A DNA stretch of 64,000 nt from an uncultured Lachnobacterium sp. Its GTDB lineage: Bacteria; Bacillota; Clostridia; Lachnospirales; Lachnospiraceae. This document shows positions 42,088 to 51,875 of this stretch, piece after piece (positions within the stretch are counted from its first letter, which is position 1; every line of letters begins with the position of its first letter). The position numbers were made by a program, and so were the translations under genes. Location: the NCBI GenBank assembly GCA_964425905.1, contig CAYROM010000001.1:16671-80670 (forward strand). Direction: 5' to 3'. The notes beneath the pieces were generated by a model. That model was not told where the DNA came from and made no database searches. It was given only the letters and a program-made list of their open reading frames with translations.

Positions 42088-43330
42088 TGTGCCCATACCG
42101 GAAGCAGGCGAGATTATGGGGGATGAAACCCAGGTTAAAGTCTCATGGCTGGTCGGAATTAGTGAAGCATTGCGAAAAAAAGTGGATTTATATATAGCCT
42201 ATACATCATCAAGGAGCAAAGAGATTGCGACAGGAAAGGGAAGGCAGGTTACTTTTGTTGCAATTCCCCGAAGGGTGTCCGATGAAAACAAATTTGATCC
42301 GTCGTTGGAGAGCCAGATAGAAAAGGTCTATGAGCTGGTAGAGCCGGATGTCATTCATGTTTTTGGAACGGAATTTCCGCATACGCTTAGCGTTGTGAAC
42401 GCCAGCGAAAAGACCGGGCGCATCGATGAAACCGTGATTTCCATTCAGGGTCTTGTGTCCATATACGCCAGACATTATACGGCATCGATTCCGGAGTGGG
42501 CGCAGCATTTTTATACCGTACGGGATGTCCTGCGGCGCAGCAATATCCGGAGAGCAAAAAAAGGATTTGCGGCACGAGGGGTATATGAAATGGAAGCGTT
42601 GAAAAAGGCGCACCATGTTATCGGCAGAACGGATTGGGACGAAGCGTGTGCGAAACTTTATAATCCGAATATTCGGTATCATTTCAACAATGAGATCTTA
42701 AGGGACAGCTTTTACCAAAATGAGTGGCAATATGAAAAATGTCAGCCCCATCGGATTTTTATGAGTCAGGGAGGATTTCCCTACAAGGGATTTCATTTCA
42801 TGGTGGAGGCGCTTTCGATATTGAAGAGGGCGTATCCGGATGTATCTCTTTACATTACGGAGCGGGATTTTGTTCATCCAAAGGGATGGAAAGAGAAGCT
42901 GCGCCTGAACAGCTATCAGTATTATGTACGTAAACTGATTCGGGAAAACCATCTGGAGGACAATATACATTTTCTTGGGATGCTGGATGAGCAGCAAATG
43001 TGTGAACAATATTTAAAGGCAAATGTGTTTGTGCTTCCGTCGGCAATCGAAAATTCGCCCAATTCTTTGGGGGAGGCGATGCTGCTTGGAACTCCGGTTG
43101 TGGTGTCCGACGTCGGCGGAGTAAAAAATATGATTACCCATGAAAAGGAGGGATATGTCTTTCAGCATGATGCTCCCTATATGATTGCATATTATGTGGA
43201 CAAGTATTTTAAGATGGGAATAGACGCAAAGGTATTATCGGATAGGGCACGTCTGCATGCAGCCGAAACCTTTGACATTGAGAAAAACATCAATGACCTT
43301 GCAGCTATTTATGAAGAGATAAGGAATTGA
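42065..43330 (+). CDS. Family 4 (GT-B) glycosyltransferase
   Basis: C-terminal GT4 motif VLPSAIENSPNSLGEAMLLGTPVVVSDVGG. Confidence 0.7.
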   Translation: MKVLWICNVPIPEAGEIMGDETQVKVSWLVGISEALRKKVDLYIAYTSSRSKEIATGKGRQVTFVAIPRRVSDENKFDPSLESQIEKVYELVEPDVIHVFGTEFPHTLSVVNASEKTGRIDETVISIQGLVSIYARHYTASIPEWAQHFYTVRDVLRRSNIRRAKKGFAARGVYEMEALKKAHHVIGRTDWDEACAKLYNPNIRYHFNNEILRDSFYQNEWQYEKCQPHRIFMSQGGFPYKGFHFMVEALSILKRAYPDVSLYITERDFVHPKGWKEKLRLNSYQYYVRKLIRENHLEDNIHFLGMLDEQQMCEQYLKANVFVLPSAIENSPNSLGEAMLLGTPVVVSDVGGVKNMITHEKEGYVFQHDAPYMIAYYVDKYFKMGIDAKVLSDRARLHAAETFDIEKNINDLAAIYEEIRN

Positions 43331-43333
43331 AAA

Positions 43334-44287
43334 ATGGAAATAAATAGTTTGGCCCCGGTGGTATTGTTTGTGTATAACCGTCCGGAGCATACAAAAAAAA
43401 CAATAGAGGCATTAAAACGCAATATCGGTGCAAAGCAGACAGAGCTTTATATATTTTGCGATCAGGCAAAAGACGAATCTGTGCGACAAAGAGTAGATCT
43501 TACCCGGCAGTATGTCCATACGATTACAGGTTTTAAGGAAATCCATATTGTGGAAAGAGACGAAAATTGGGGATTGGCGAGATCCATCATCTCCGGTACA
43601 ACGGAGGTTGTAAATACGCACGGCAGGATTATCGTATTGGAGGATGATCTAATTACCAGCCCGTTTTTTCTGCAGTATATGAATACCGCATTGGAAAAAT
43701 ATCAGGATGCAAAACAGGTTTTTTCGGTGACCGGATATTCCCATTTTCCAAACGGAAACGAAGCGCTTCCGCAAAGTTACTTTCTGAAGGTGTTTTCGTC
43801 GTGGAGCTGGGCGACATGGGCAGACCGCTGGGCGCTGTTTGATGAAAACGCGCTTGGGTGGGAGAAGACGAAGACGGATCCCGAATTGGCGAAGCAGTTT
43901 GATTATGAGGGGTGTTTTTACAATTGCCAGATGCTGAAAGCGCAGATGGAAGATCATACGATCAATTCATGGGCAATCCGGGCATATTGGACACAATTTA
44001 AGTATGACATGGTGACATTGTTTCCAAATCAGAGGCTGGTGGAGAACGAGGGCTTTGACGGAACGGGAGTTCATTGCAATGATAAGGCGGACTATCTGGA
44101 GGGAAAGCTTGCCGGCGGGCAGATAACGGAATTCCCGGAGAAAATAGAAGAAAAGGCGTTGAGCAGACAGGAGCTGATTCGCTTTATCGCCGCAAAAAAA
44201 CGCGCCTATAAGAGAACACGGATCAGGTATTATGCAGGGCATCCGGTACAGGCGTTGAAAAAAATAAAGGAAAAGATGGGCAGATAA
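43334..44287 (+). CDS. Putative GT-A fold glycosyltransferase (family not assigned)
   Basis: N-terminal VVLFVYNRPEHT and a VLEDD acidic motif. Confidence 0.45.
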   Translation: MEINSLAPVVLFVYNRPEHTKKTIEALKRNIGAKQTELYIFCDQAKDESVRQRVDLTRQYVHTITGFKEIHIVERDENWGLARSIISGTTEVVNTHGRIIVLEDDLITSPFFLQYMNTALEKYQDAKQVFSVTGYSHFPNGNEALPQSYFLKVFSSWSWATWADRWALFDENALGWEKTKTDPELAKQFDYEGCFYNCQMLKAQMEDHTINSWAIRAYWTQFKYDMVTLFPNQRLVENEGFDGTGVHCNDKADYLEGKLAGGQITEFPEKIEEKALSRQELIRFIAAKKRAYKRTRIRYYAGHPVQALKKIKEKMGR

Positions 44288-44289
44288 CG

Positions 44290-45471
44290 ATGGCGAAAAT
44301 ATGTATGCTGACCGCGCTGTTGTTTACTCCGGGAGGGGAGCAGCGTGTTGCAACGGTGATCGCAAATGAACTTTCAAAGAAAAATCAGCTTGTCATCTAT
44401 ACGATGGATGATGAGAAGAACCGTGCAAAAAGTGCATATAAGCTGGACGACAGTATCGAAATACGCTATACCCGGCAGCCGGTATATGGCTTTTTTAATC
44501 GGAGCCTCCGCAGAATGGTAAGGGATATCAATGAAAAGACCAATCTGCTTTATCGGAGAAAATCAGCGTATAAGCTTTTGGAATTTGGGTATTTCCAGAA
44601 GTCATGGCAGAGACAGATGCTGGATGAACTGACAAGGGAACCTTACGATGTGATTTTGGCGGTGTCCGGGGGAAATACGATTCAGTTGGGGCTTATTGCT
44701 GACCGGATCCCGTGCAGGACTGTGGGATGGGAACACAATGCATACGAGGCTTACTTTGGGATGCCGGGGTTATATTTCTGGCATCAGGATCAGCTGTTTG
44801 GCGAGGCAATCCGCAGGCTGGATTCCTGTGTTGTTTTGAATGAGAATATTCGAAAAAAATATGGGGAGGCATTTGGAAAAGACTGCGAGGTCATCTATAA
44901 TCCAAGAAGCTTTGTATCTGAGGAAAAAAGCAGCTTAAAAAATAAGATTTTTGCAGCATGCGGCAGGATCATCAAGCAAAAGGGATTTGATCTGCTCATA
45001 GACTCCTTTCGTCAGTTTGCTGAGTGGGAACAAGAGTGGAAGCTGGTCATTGTAGGAGATGGCGAAGACCGGGCAAAAATAGATGGAATGATCAAAAAAT
45101 ACGGTTTATGTGACCGCGTTACGGTCACAGGGTATACAAGTGAAGTAAAAAGATATCTAAGGGAGGCATCCGTATATTTGCTTTCCTCCCGATGGGAAGG
45201 ATTTCCGATGGTACTGACGGAAGCATTTGAGATGGGGCTTCCGACAGTTGCTTACAATATAAGCGCAGTAGAGCCGCTGCTTCAGGATGGGGAGCAGGGA
45301 TTGCTTGCAGAGGCATTTGATACCGGACAGTTTGCGAAGAAAATGCTCGCGATGACAGAACTATCTGAGGCGGAACGACGCAAGATGGCGGAGAAAGCGA
45401 TAGAGAAAGCGGAGTCCCTTTCTGTTGAAAAAATTATTGTAGAGTGGAAAGAACTGCTTTCGGCGGATTAA
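44290..45471 (+). CDS. Family 4 glycosyltransferase
   Basis: EGFPMVLTEAFEMGLPTVAYN GT4 motif. Confidence 0.7.
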   Translation: MAKICMLTALLFTPGGEQRVATVIANELSKKNQLVIYTMDDEKNRAKSAYKLDDSIEIRYTRQPVYGFFNRSLRRMVRDINEKTNLLYRRKSAYKLLEFGYFQKSWQRQMLDELTREPYDVILAVSGGNTIQLGLIADRIPCRTVGWEHNAYEAYFGMPGLYFWHQDQLFGEAIRRLDSCVVLNENIRKKYGEAFGKDCEVIYNPRSFVSEEKSSLKNKIFAACGRIIKQKGFDLLIDSFRQFAEWEQEWKLVIVGDGEDRAKIDGMIKKYGLCDRVTVTGYTSEVKRYLREASVYLLSSRWEGFPMVLTEAFEMGLPTVAYNISAVEPLLQDGEQGLLAEAFDTGQFAKKMLAMTELSEAERRKMAEKAIEKAESLSVEKIIVEWKELLSAD

Positions 45472-45482
45472 AGAGGTCACAT

Positions 45483-46325
45483 ATGAAGGAATTTATCAAA
45501 AATCATTTTCCTGGGATCGTGCAGTTTTTTAAGGATTTAAAAATGCTGGGCGAATATAAAAAGCGGAAAAGATATATTCAGGATTTTAATGAAAAAAACC
45601 ATGCGAGGTATGAGGAAAACCTCAGCAGATTCCATGATATCCATAAAGGAAAGCGGTGCTTTATCGTAGGGACAGGTCCGAGCTTACAGCTTTCCGATGT
45701 GGAAAGGCTAAAGGGAGAATACACTTTTGGCGTTAATTCCTGCCTTACTATGTATGATAAGACGGATTGGAGAGCCACATACTATGGAATCGTGGATTCC
45801 CATGCAGTAGAGATTATGGGCGAAAAGCTGAATTCCGACGAGATACCGGTCTTCTTTTATACGGACATTGATGCGGTCTATGATGGCAGGAATGGAGTTC
45901 CGTTTCCAAAGGATGATTCTGCCAATATGATGACGGATACCTTTTGGAGAAAGTTATTTCCTAAGAAATATCCGGAGACGGATTTCAGCCGGGATATAAC
46001 AAAAGTGGTGTATACAGGAAAATCCGTGGTATATGCAATGCTGCAGATTGCCGCATACATGGGTTTTTCCGAAATCTATCTTCTCGGAGTCGACTGTAAC
46101 TATGCACAGCCTAAAATGTATAGTGATAATGTCACTTATATTGACCATAAGACTAAATGGACGCAGGAGCGGCTGCTCAAAAACGGGAACCAAATGCTGC
46201 CGCAGTTTGAAATTGCCCGTAAGTATGCAGACCAGCATGGATTAAAGATTTATAATGCAACGAGGGGCGGTCAGCTAGAGAGCTTTGAACGTGTTGATTT
46301 AGATGATATATTGGCTAAAGGGTAA
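45483..46325 (+). CDS. DUF115 / MptE-like (Maf-type) protein, putative CMP-ulosonic-acid glycosyltransferase
   Basis: Signature CFIVGTGPSL followed later by IYLLGVDCNY. Start ATG 45483 after AAAGAGG. Confidence 0.6.
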   Translation: MKEFIKNHFPGIVQFFKDLKMLGEYKKRKRYIQDFNEKNHARYEENLSRFHDIHKGKRCFIVGTGPSLQLSDVERLKGEYTFGVNSCLTMYDKTDWRATYYGIVDSHAVEIMGEKLNSDEIPVFFYTDIDAVYDGRNGVPFPKDDSANMMTDTFWRKLFPKKYPETDFSRDITKVVYTGKSVVYAMLQIAAYMGFSEIYLLGVDCNYAQPKMYSDNVTYIDHKTKWTQERLLKNGNQMLPQFEIARKYADQHGLKIYNATRGGQLESFERVDLDDILAKG

Positions 46326-46352
46326 ATAGAAGGGAAAGGAAAGTGAGATACT

Positions 46353-47081
46353 ATGAAAATTATCGGAGTAATTCCGTCTCGTTATGAATCTTCCCGTTTT
46401 CCGGGGAAGCCATTAGCGGAAATTTGCGGAAAACCAATGATCTATTGGGTTTATAATCAGGTTATCAAAGTCAAGGAATTTGATGAAGTATACGTTGCCA
46501 CGGATGATAAGCGCATAGAGGACGCATGCAGACAGTATGGTATGAAGTGTATTATGACTGCTGATACTCATCAGACGGGTACAGATCGTCTGGGGGAAGT
46601 GGCGCAAAAGATTGAGGCGGATTTCTATGTCAATATTCAGGGGGATGAGCCGATGATCGAACCGGAAACGATCAAAAAAGTGGTCGACTACAAGGCGGAA
46701 CATCCCGAAACGGAGGTTATCAATACAATCACTCCGATCAAAGATGAATTTGAGATTACGCTTAACACCTGTGTAAAAGTTGTAACGAATGACGAGGATG
46801 ATGGAATCTATCTGTCCAGATCTCCGATTCCATATCCAAAGAAGGGGCAGGACATTACTTATTACAAGCATCTAGGCTTGTATGGCTTGAGCAGAAAGGC
46901 ATTGCTTTTCTTTGCAGAGGCTAAGCGAACTAAGCTTGAGCAAATCGAGGATATTGAGATGCTTCGGTTCATAGAAAACCATATTAACATTAAATTTGTA
47001 ACTGTAAATTCCTCTACCATTGCAGTAGACCGGAAGGAGGATATTGCAAGGGTTGAGGCTGCTATGAAGGAGCGGGAATGA
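46353..47081 (+). CDS. KdsB-like cytidylyltransferase (CMP-Kdo synthetase family, CTP_transf_3)
   Basis: IPSRYESSRFPGKPL..GKPMI, QGDEPMI, HLGLYG and IEMLRF parallel E. coli KdsB motifs. Confidence 0.7.
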   Translation: MKIIGVIPSRYESSRFPGKPLAEICGKPMIYWVYNQVIKVKEFDEVYVATDDKRIEDACRQYGMKCIMTADTHQTGTDRLGEVAQKIEADFYVNIQGDEPMIEPETIKKVVDYKAEHPETEVINTITPIKDEFEITLNTCVKVVTNDEDDGIYLSRSPIPYPKKGQDITYYKHLGLYGLSRKALLFFAEAKRTKLEQIEDIEMLRFIENHINIKFVTVNSSTIAVDRKEDIARVEAAMKERE

Positions 47082-48673
47082 AAACAATTCAAATCTTAGA
47101 CTGCACACTTCGCGATGGCGGGTGTGTCAATAATTTCAATTTTGGAAAAGAGTATATGGAGAAAATTCTTCATAGCGTGGAATCTGCCGGGATGGAAATG
47201 ATTGAATGCGGTTATATTGACGAGGCAAACGGTTCGGAGATGGAGAGGACGCAGTATTGCTGTGAGGAAGCAATCCGGGATCATTTTGTGATTCAAAAGA
47301 AACCGGGTGCGATGTATCTTGCCATGATAGATTATGGAAAATATGATGTAGCAAAGCTTCCGAAGAAAACAGATAAAGATATCGATGGAATCCGTCTGGC
47401 TTTTCACAAAAAAGACCGACAAAGTATCATTTCATGGGGAAAGACGATCATAGAAAAGGGATACAAGCTTTTTATCCAGCCGATGACAGTCATGCGCTAT
47501 TCTGATCAGGAATTACTGGAACTTATCCGGGAGGTGAATGAGGAACTGCCGGATGCATTTGCGTTCTATATTGTGGATAGCTTTGGCGAAATGAGGTCTA
47601 ATGATATGATCCGTATTATGAATCTGGTGGATCATAATCTCTTGCCGGGAATGCATCTGGGATTTCATTCCCATAACAATCTGCAACTGTCCTATTCCAA
47701 TGCAATTTCCTTTATTGATTTCCATACGGAGAGGGAGCTTATTGTGGATTCCTCGATCATGGGAATGGGAAAGGGAGCCGGAAACTTAAATACGGAGCTG
47801 TTTGCGGAACACTTAAATCTGTATTTTGGAAAACAATATCAAATACAGCCGCTTCTGGAAGTAATCGATACGGTTATCAATCAGCTTCACTCGGAATTTT
47901 ACTGGGGTTATTCGGTGGAATATTATTTGTCCTCCATCAATCATTGTACGCCGAGTTATGCAGGGCATTTTTTTAAGAAACATATGCTCTCAATCGATCA
48001 GGTTTCGGATCTTCTTAAAATGCTGCCGGAGGAAAAGAAGATATCCTTTGATAAGAATTTTGCGGATCAATTGTATTTACAATATAACGAAATGAAACAG
48101 CAGGACGACGGCGCTGTGTTGGAGGAATTGAGAAAGAAATTCTCAGGAAAGAAAGCGCTGCTTTTAGCGCCGGGCAAGCATTTGACAGATGCAGATGCGA
48201 CGATTCGTGCCATGCTGGAAGATCCGGATGTGGTATCGGTAGCTCTTAATTATGATAAAGTATACATGACAGACTATGTCCTTACCACAAAACAGGAGCG
48301 GTATGAAAAAGCAGTTGGCAGGGGCAGGAATGTAATTGCGACATCAAACGTCAGCATACAAGGGGAACCGCAGTCGGAAGGGCAGGTTTTAGTCATCAAC
48401 TATAAAAATTGGATTAAGACAGAGGATGGGGTGAATGACTCAGCCTTAGTCGTTGTGTTCAATCTGTTAAAGGCAATCGGTACGAAGGAAGTATATCTTG
48501 CCGGATTTGACGGATTTTCCGCCAGTATTAATGAGAATTATGCGGATAGGAATCTGCGGCGCCCTGTCACGGATGAACAGGCAAGAGAGAGAAATGAATT
48601 TTTCCGTGATTATATAGATAAAGCAGGCGATTTGATGGAAATTCATTTTCTGACGAAATCAAGATATCAGTAA
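47078..48673 (+). CDS. Fusion protein: N-terminal HMGL-like (DRE-TIM metallolyase, pyruvate-aldolase-type) domain plus C-terminal DUF115/Maf-like domain
   Basis: ILDCTLRDGG at residues 6-15 is the HMGL-like signature. The C-terminal ~190 aa repeat the DUF115 pattern (KKALLLAPGKHL ... VYLAGFDGFS, compare CFIVGTGPSL ... IYLLGVDCNY in the 45483 product). Overlaps the kdsB-like stop. Confidence 0.55.
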   Translation: MKTIQILDCTLRDGGCVNNFNFGKEYMEKILHSVESAGMEMIECGYIDEANGSEMERTQYCCEEAIRDHFVIQKKPGAMYLAMIDYGKYDVAKLPKKTDKDIDGIRLAFHKKDRQSIISWGKTIIEKGYKLFIQPMTVMRYSDQELLELIREVNEELPDAFAFYIVDSFGEMRSNDMIRIMNLVDHNLLPGMHLGFHSHNNLQLSYSNAISFIDFHTERELIVDSSIMGMGKGAGNLNTELFAEHLNLYFGKQYQIQPLLEVIDTVINQLHSEFYWGYSVEYYLSSINHCTPSYAGHFFKKHMLSIDQVSDLLKMLPEEKKISFDKNFADQLYLQYNEMKQQDDGAVLEELRKKFSGKKALLLAPGKHLTDADATIRAMLEDPDVVSVALNYDKVYMTDYVLTTKQERYEKAVGRGRNVIATSNVSIQGEPQSEGQVLVINYKNWIKTEDGVNDSALVVVFNLLKAIGTKEVYLAGFDGFSASINENYADRNLRRPVTDEQARERNEFFRDYIDKAGDLMEIHFLTKSRYQ

Positions 48674-48683
48674 AGGAGTTTTT

Positions 48684-50078
48684 ATGAAGAGACAAGACGG
48701 TTATTGTGTAGAAACCAGAGAAATCAACATAAAAAGAATGCTGTGGTGGATATTGCGAAAATGGCGGGTCGGAGCTGCTTTTGCGATAGTCTGTGCGGTG
48801 ATATTTGGCGCTTGGCAATATAAGAGAGAGGAGCAGATTCACGAGGAAAATTATCAGGAGGCGATTGCTGCGCAAAATCAGGCTGCAGAGAGCGTAGAAT
48901 CTCTGACAGATCAACTTTCTGATGCAGAGCTTGGCGGAGTCAATATGGCCGTTTATTATCAAACGAAACTGATTAGTGCTAGCAATTATCTTGGCAATTC
49001 TGTATTAATGCAACTAAATCCTTATGCAGAAAATGTAATGAATATTTATGCGGAATGTGTGTCGGAAGAGGAAGCTATTAATGTCATGAATTATCTGTCA
49101 AGCGAGGACTTTCTTAATGAACTCGTGAGTGTTGTTGGATGGTATAGAGAAAAAAGCTATCTGAAAGAATTGATTGAGCCGGAAATGGCGGGGAATAATG
49201 TAAAGATATCAGTTATTGCAGATAGCGTAAGCAATGCAGAGTTGTATGCGAACAATATCGTTGCGTTGCTCAATAGCTATCATTCGGAAGAGGTGATATA
49301 TGTATACTTAGAGGCCGAGACGGTGGTGGATATGTCCGCGGTTGAAACTTTTAATAGTGTCTATGACAGTTATATTACTAATAATTCCTTTTTTTCAAAT
49401 TATTATAATACTCTTAATGCAAAACAGCTTCAGCTGTATAATTTGTTGATATCGGGCCAATCGTCTGTTGAAGAAGATAGCATAATAATTACGCTTGAAG
49501 AGACAAAGATTAACTTTAAAATGATTGTTATGGGCTTTTTAGCGGGAATTATTGCAGCCGCAGTAATCCTGGGTGTTGTATATACCTTTAGCGCAAGGAT
49601 TCATGGGGAAGAGGAAGCGAAATATTTATTTGGTGAACCTGTCATCGGCAATGTGAATGCAGGCGGGCTTGAAAGAAAAAGGCTCTTTGGTTTTGTGGAC
49701 AGGGCAGTCTATAAGCTGGGAAACCGTACCGCAAAACGTATTGACTATGACGGACAGCTTCAAATGTGCATTGCTAATATTTCGCTTATGTGTCAGGCAA
49801 AGGACGTTAAGGAAATATATTTATCAGGAAGTGAAATCGGAAGGCTTCCGGAGAAGCTTTTGACAGACATAAAGGAAGGGCTTTCGGCAGAGAACATCGG
49901 TGTTTTTTCGGGTGGAAGTATTGTATATGATGCGGATTCTCTAAAGGAATCGGCGGAGAAGAACAATCTTATTTTTATTGAGATCAGCGAGAAATCAGCA
50001 TGTAAAGAAATTGCTAAAGAGTTGAATCTGTGTCTGCAGAATCAGCTTAATTGTCTGGGGATTATTATGGTGGAATAG
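48684..50078 (+). CDS. Wzz/CapA-like polysaccharide co-polymerase (chain-length determinant) protein
   Basis: TM1 near the N-terminus (VGAAFAIVCAVIFGAW), a ~270-aa extracytoplasmic domain, TM2 (MIVMGFLAGIIAAAVILGVVY), and a ~150-aa cytoplasmic tail with no Walker motifs. Confidence 0.5.
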   Translation: MKRQDGYCVETREINIKRMLWWILRKWRVGAAFAIVCAVIFGAWQYKREEQIHEENYQEAIAAQNQAAESVESLTDQLSDAELGGVNMAVYYQTKLISASNYLGNSVLMQLNPYAENVMNIYAECVSEEEAINVMNYLSSEDFLNELVSVVGWYREKSYLKELIEPEMAGNNVKISVIADSVSNAELYANNIVALLNSYHSEEVIYVYLEAETVVDMSAVETFNSVYDSYITNNSFFSNYYNTLNAKQLQLYNLLISGQSSVEEDSIIITLEETKINFKMIVMGFLAGIIAAAVILGVVYTFSARIHGEEEAKYLFGEPVIGNVNAGGLERKRLFGFVDRAVYKLGNRTAKRIDYDGQLQMCIANISLMCQAKDVKEIYLSGSEIGRLPEKLLTDIKEGLSAENIGVFSGGSIVYDADSLKESAEKNNLIFIEISEKSACKEIAKELNLCLQNQLNCLGIIMVE

Positions 50079-50080
50079 GA

Positions 50081-51148
50081 ATGGGGATTTTAATGCTTCT
50101 GCTTCTGCTTGGGGTAATACCGATCCCTGTGGGAGCATTGTTTACACGACCGATGATCAAAAAACGAAAAATGAGCCTGACATTTGTCTATATCATGGGC
50201 ATTATGGTATTGGTGGCGCTGAGTGAAATACTCTCAGTACCCATGACTTTGATCAGAGGATCATTTTCATCCTTCGTATGGGTATATAACGGCGTTACGC
50301 TTGCGTTCATTATTCTGGCTATCGTTTTTTGTCGAAACTATATTGCGGACCTTGTGAAAACTGCGGCGGAAAGAATCCGCCATGCAGATAGGGCATGGAT
50401 ACTGGTATTATTGGCAATCTATGTGCCGGTTATCCTATTGGCATTTGTGACGCCGTATATTTACGGAGATGACAGAACCTACCTTTCTATGGTGAATGAT
50501 ATTGTGCAGTCAAACACATTATATCAGATTGATGCGGATACCGGGGAAGAGGTTGTGTTTGTATTGGCAAAATATGCGCTGTCCTCCTATTGGACATGGA
50601 TTGCATATCTTGTAAAAATGTCCGGGATCCATTCCTTGATTCTCTGCAAAACGGTGCTCATGTTTATATTAGTTCCCATGAGTTACGCGATTCAGGGACT
50701 GCTGGCGGGGCATTGGTTCCGAAACGATGAGCGGAAAATGCGCATATATATGCTCCTTGTCGTATTGGCAAGCATTTTTGGCGGTTTTTCGGCGTATACG
50801 GTTACCTATCGTCTATATACATGGGTGTGGCAGAGCAAAGCCTTTCTTGCGATCATCGTGCTGCCGTTTCTGCTATATTATTGCTGTATGGTATATGAGA
50901 AAGACACCGCGGGATGGGAATATGTACTGTTAATGCTGTTGATCATTGCAGCCTGCTCTACCACACTAACCGGAACTGGTCTTGCGGTTGCGATGGCTTG
51001 TCTATTATCCGCAATCTATGCTTTTATCCAAAGGAAAATAGGGATGGTTATTAAAACCGTATGTTCCTGTCTGCCGGCATTTGTATTGATGGTCATTTAT
51101 ATGCGTTACTATTATTTTTTGGCATTCTTCGGGTTACTGGGGGAATAG
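50081..51148 (+). CDS. Hypothetical polytopic membrane protein (first half of paralogous pair B)
   Basis: ~10 TM segments, similar to the 34967 product (for example VPMSYAIQGLLAGHWFRNDER versus VPIFLIPLYGAVGWMVSEYFFKDR). Ends at TAG directly abutting the next ATG. Confidence 0.45.
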   Translation: MGILMLLLLLGVIPIPVGALFTRPMIKKRKMSLTFVYIMGIMVLVALSEILSVPMTLIRGSFSSFVWVYNGVTLAFIILAIVFCRNYIADLVKTAAERIRHADRAWILVLLAIYVPVILLAFVTPYIYGDDRTYLSMVNDIVQSNTLYQIDADTGEEVVFVLAKYALSSYWTWIAYLVKMSGIHSLILCKTVLMFILVPMSYAIQGLLAGHWFRNDERKMRIYMLLVVLASIFGGFSAYTVTYRLYTWVWQSKAFLAIIVLPFLLYYCCMVYEKDTAGWEYVLLMLLIIAACSTTLTGTGLAVAMACLLSAIYAFIQRKIGMVIKTVCSCLPAFVLMVIYMRYYYFLAFFGLLGE

Positions 51149-51874
51149 ATGAGTATAGTAAATTTTTTAAACCAGCTTTTTTGGACGGATAGCGCTTATA
51201 TGATACTCATGGCAATATCTTTGATCTGGATTCTTACAAGAAAGAATGAGGATGTAAGGGCAAAATGCATGGCTGTCTACTCGGCGCTTGCCTTTTTGTT
51301 TGTCATTTGCAATCCGATCATTGCGCCGTTGGGACTGTATTTTTTTGGAGAGGATAAGTATGCGTATCTGCGCATATTTTATTTAGTCCCGCTGATGTCG
51401 ATCATTGCTTATAGCGGAACTTCTTTCTATACGGAATATGTAAAAAGAACGGATCGGACAGCTAAGAAGGCGGTATATGCGGCTGTTATTGTGATTACGC
51501 TCATATTATGCGGATCGCTCTACGATTCAACTATGTACAGAAAGGCAGAAAATATATATAAGATCGATCAGGACGCCTTGGAAATCAGCGAGATCATCAA
51601 TGAGGACAGCGGAAATGAAAGAGTTTATGTCCTGCTGCCGGGGGCGGACGACATCGTTTATGGTGTCAGGCAGTATACGGAAAGGATTATCGTAGCCGGC
51701 AATTCGGACGAGGTGACAGACCGAGAGTCGCTGGCCGGCGCGCAGGAATCCAAAGCGTTTGAATATCTGGTGATAGATAAGGAAAAAGAGGAACTGTTGG
51801 CGGCTGATATGGTAGATTTTTACAGGCTTGATGAAACGGAACATTATGTCATATACAAAAAGGTGGACGGCTGA
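51149..51874 (+). CDS. Hypothetical membrane protein with soluble C-terminal domain (second half of pair B)
   Basis: C-terminal domain aligns with the 35940 product (YVL.P....Y....I.VAG/YG....LVI/LIV.D.EKEE...HYVIY/NYAIY). Confidence 0.45.
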   Translation: MSIVNFLNQLFWTDSAYMILMAISLIWILTRKNEDVRAKCMAVYSALAFLFVICNPIIAPLGLYFFGEDKYAYLRIFYLVPLMSIIAYSGTSFYTEYVKRTDRTAKKAVYAAVIVITLILCGSLYDSTMYRKAENIYKIDQDALEISEIINEDSGNERVYVLLPGADDIVYGVRQYTERIIVAGNSDEVTDRESLAGAQESKAFEYLVIDKEKEELLAADMVDFYRLDETEHYVIYKKVDG

Positions 51875-51875
51875 T

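Noticed and set aside
51146-51151. In-frame TAG between the 50081 and 51149 ORFs read as a pseudogenising nonsense mutation
   Set aside because: The paralogous pair at 34967/35940 is split at the same position of the protein, so an independently encoded second subunit is more likely. Readthrough or pseudogene status cannot be fully excluded without reads or proteomics.
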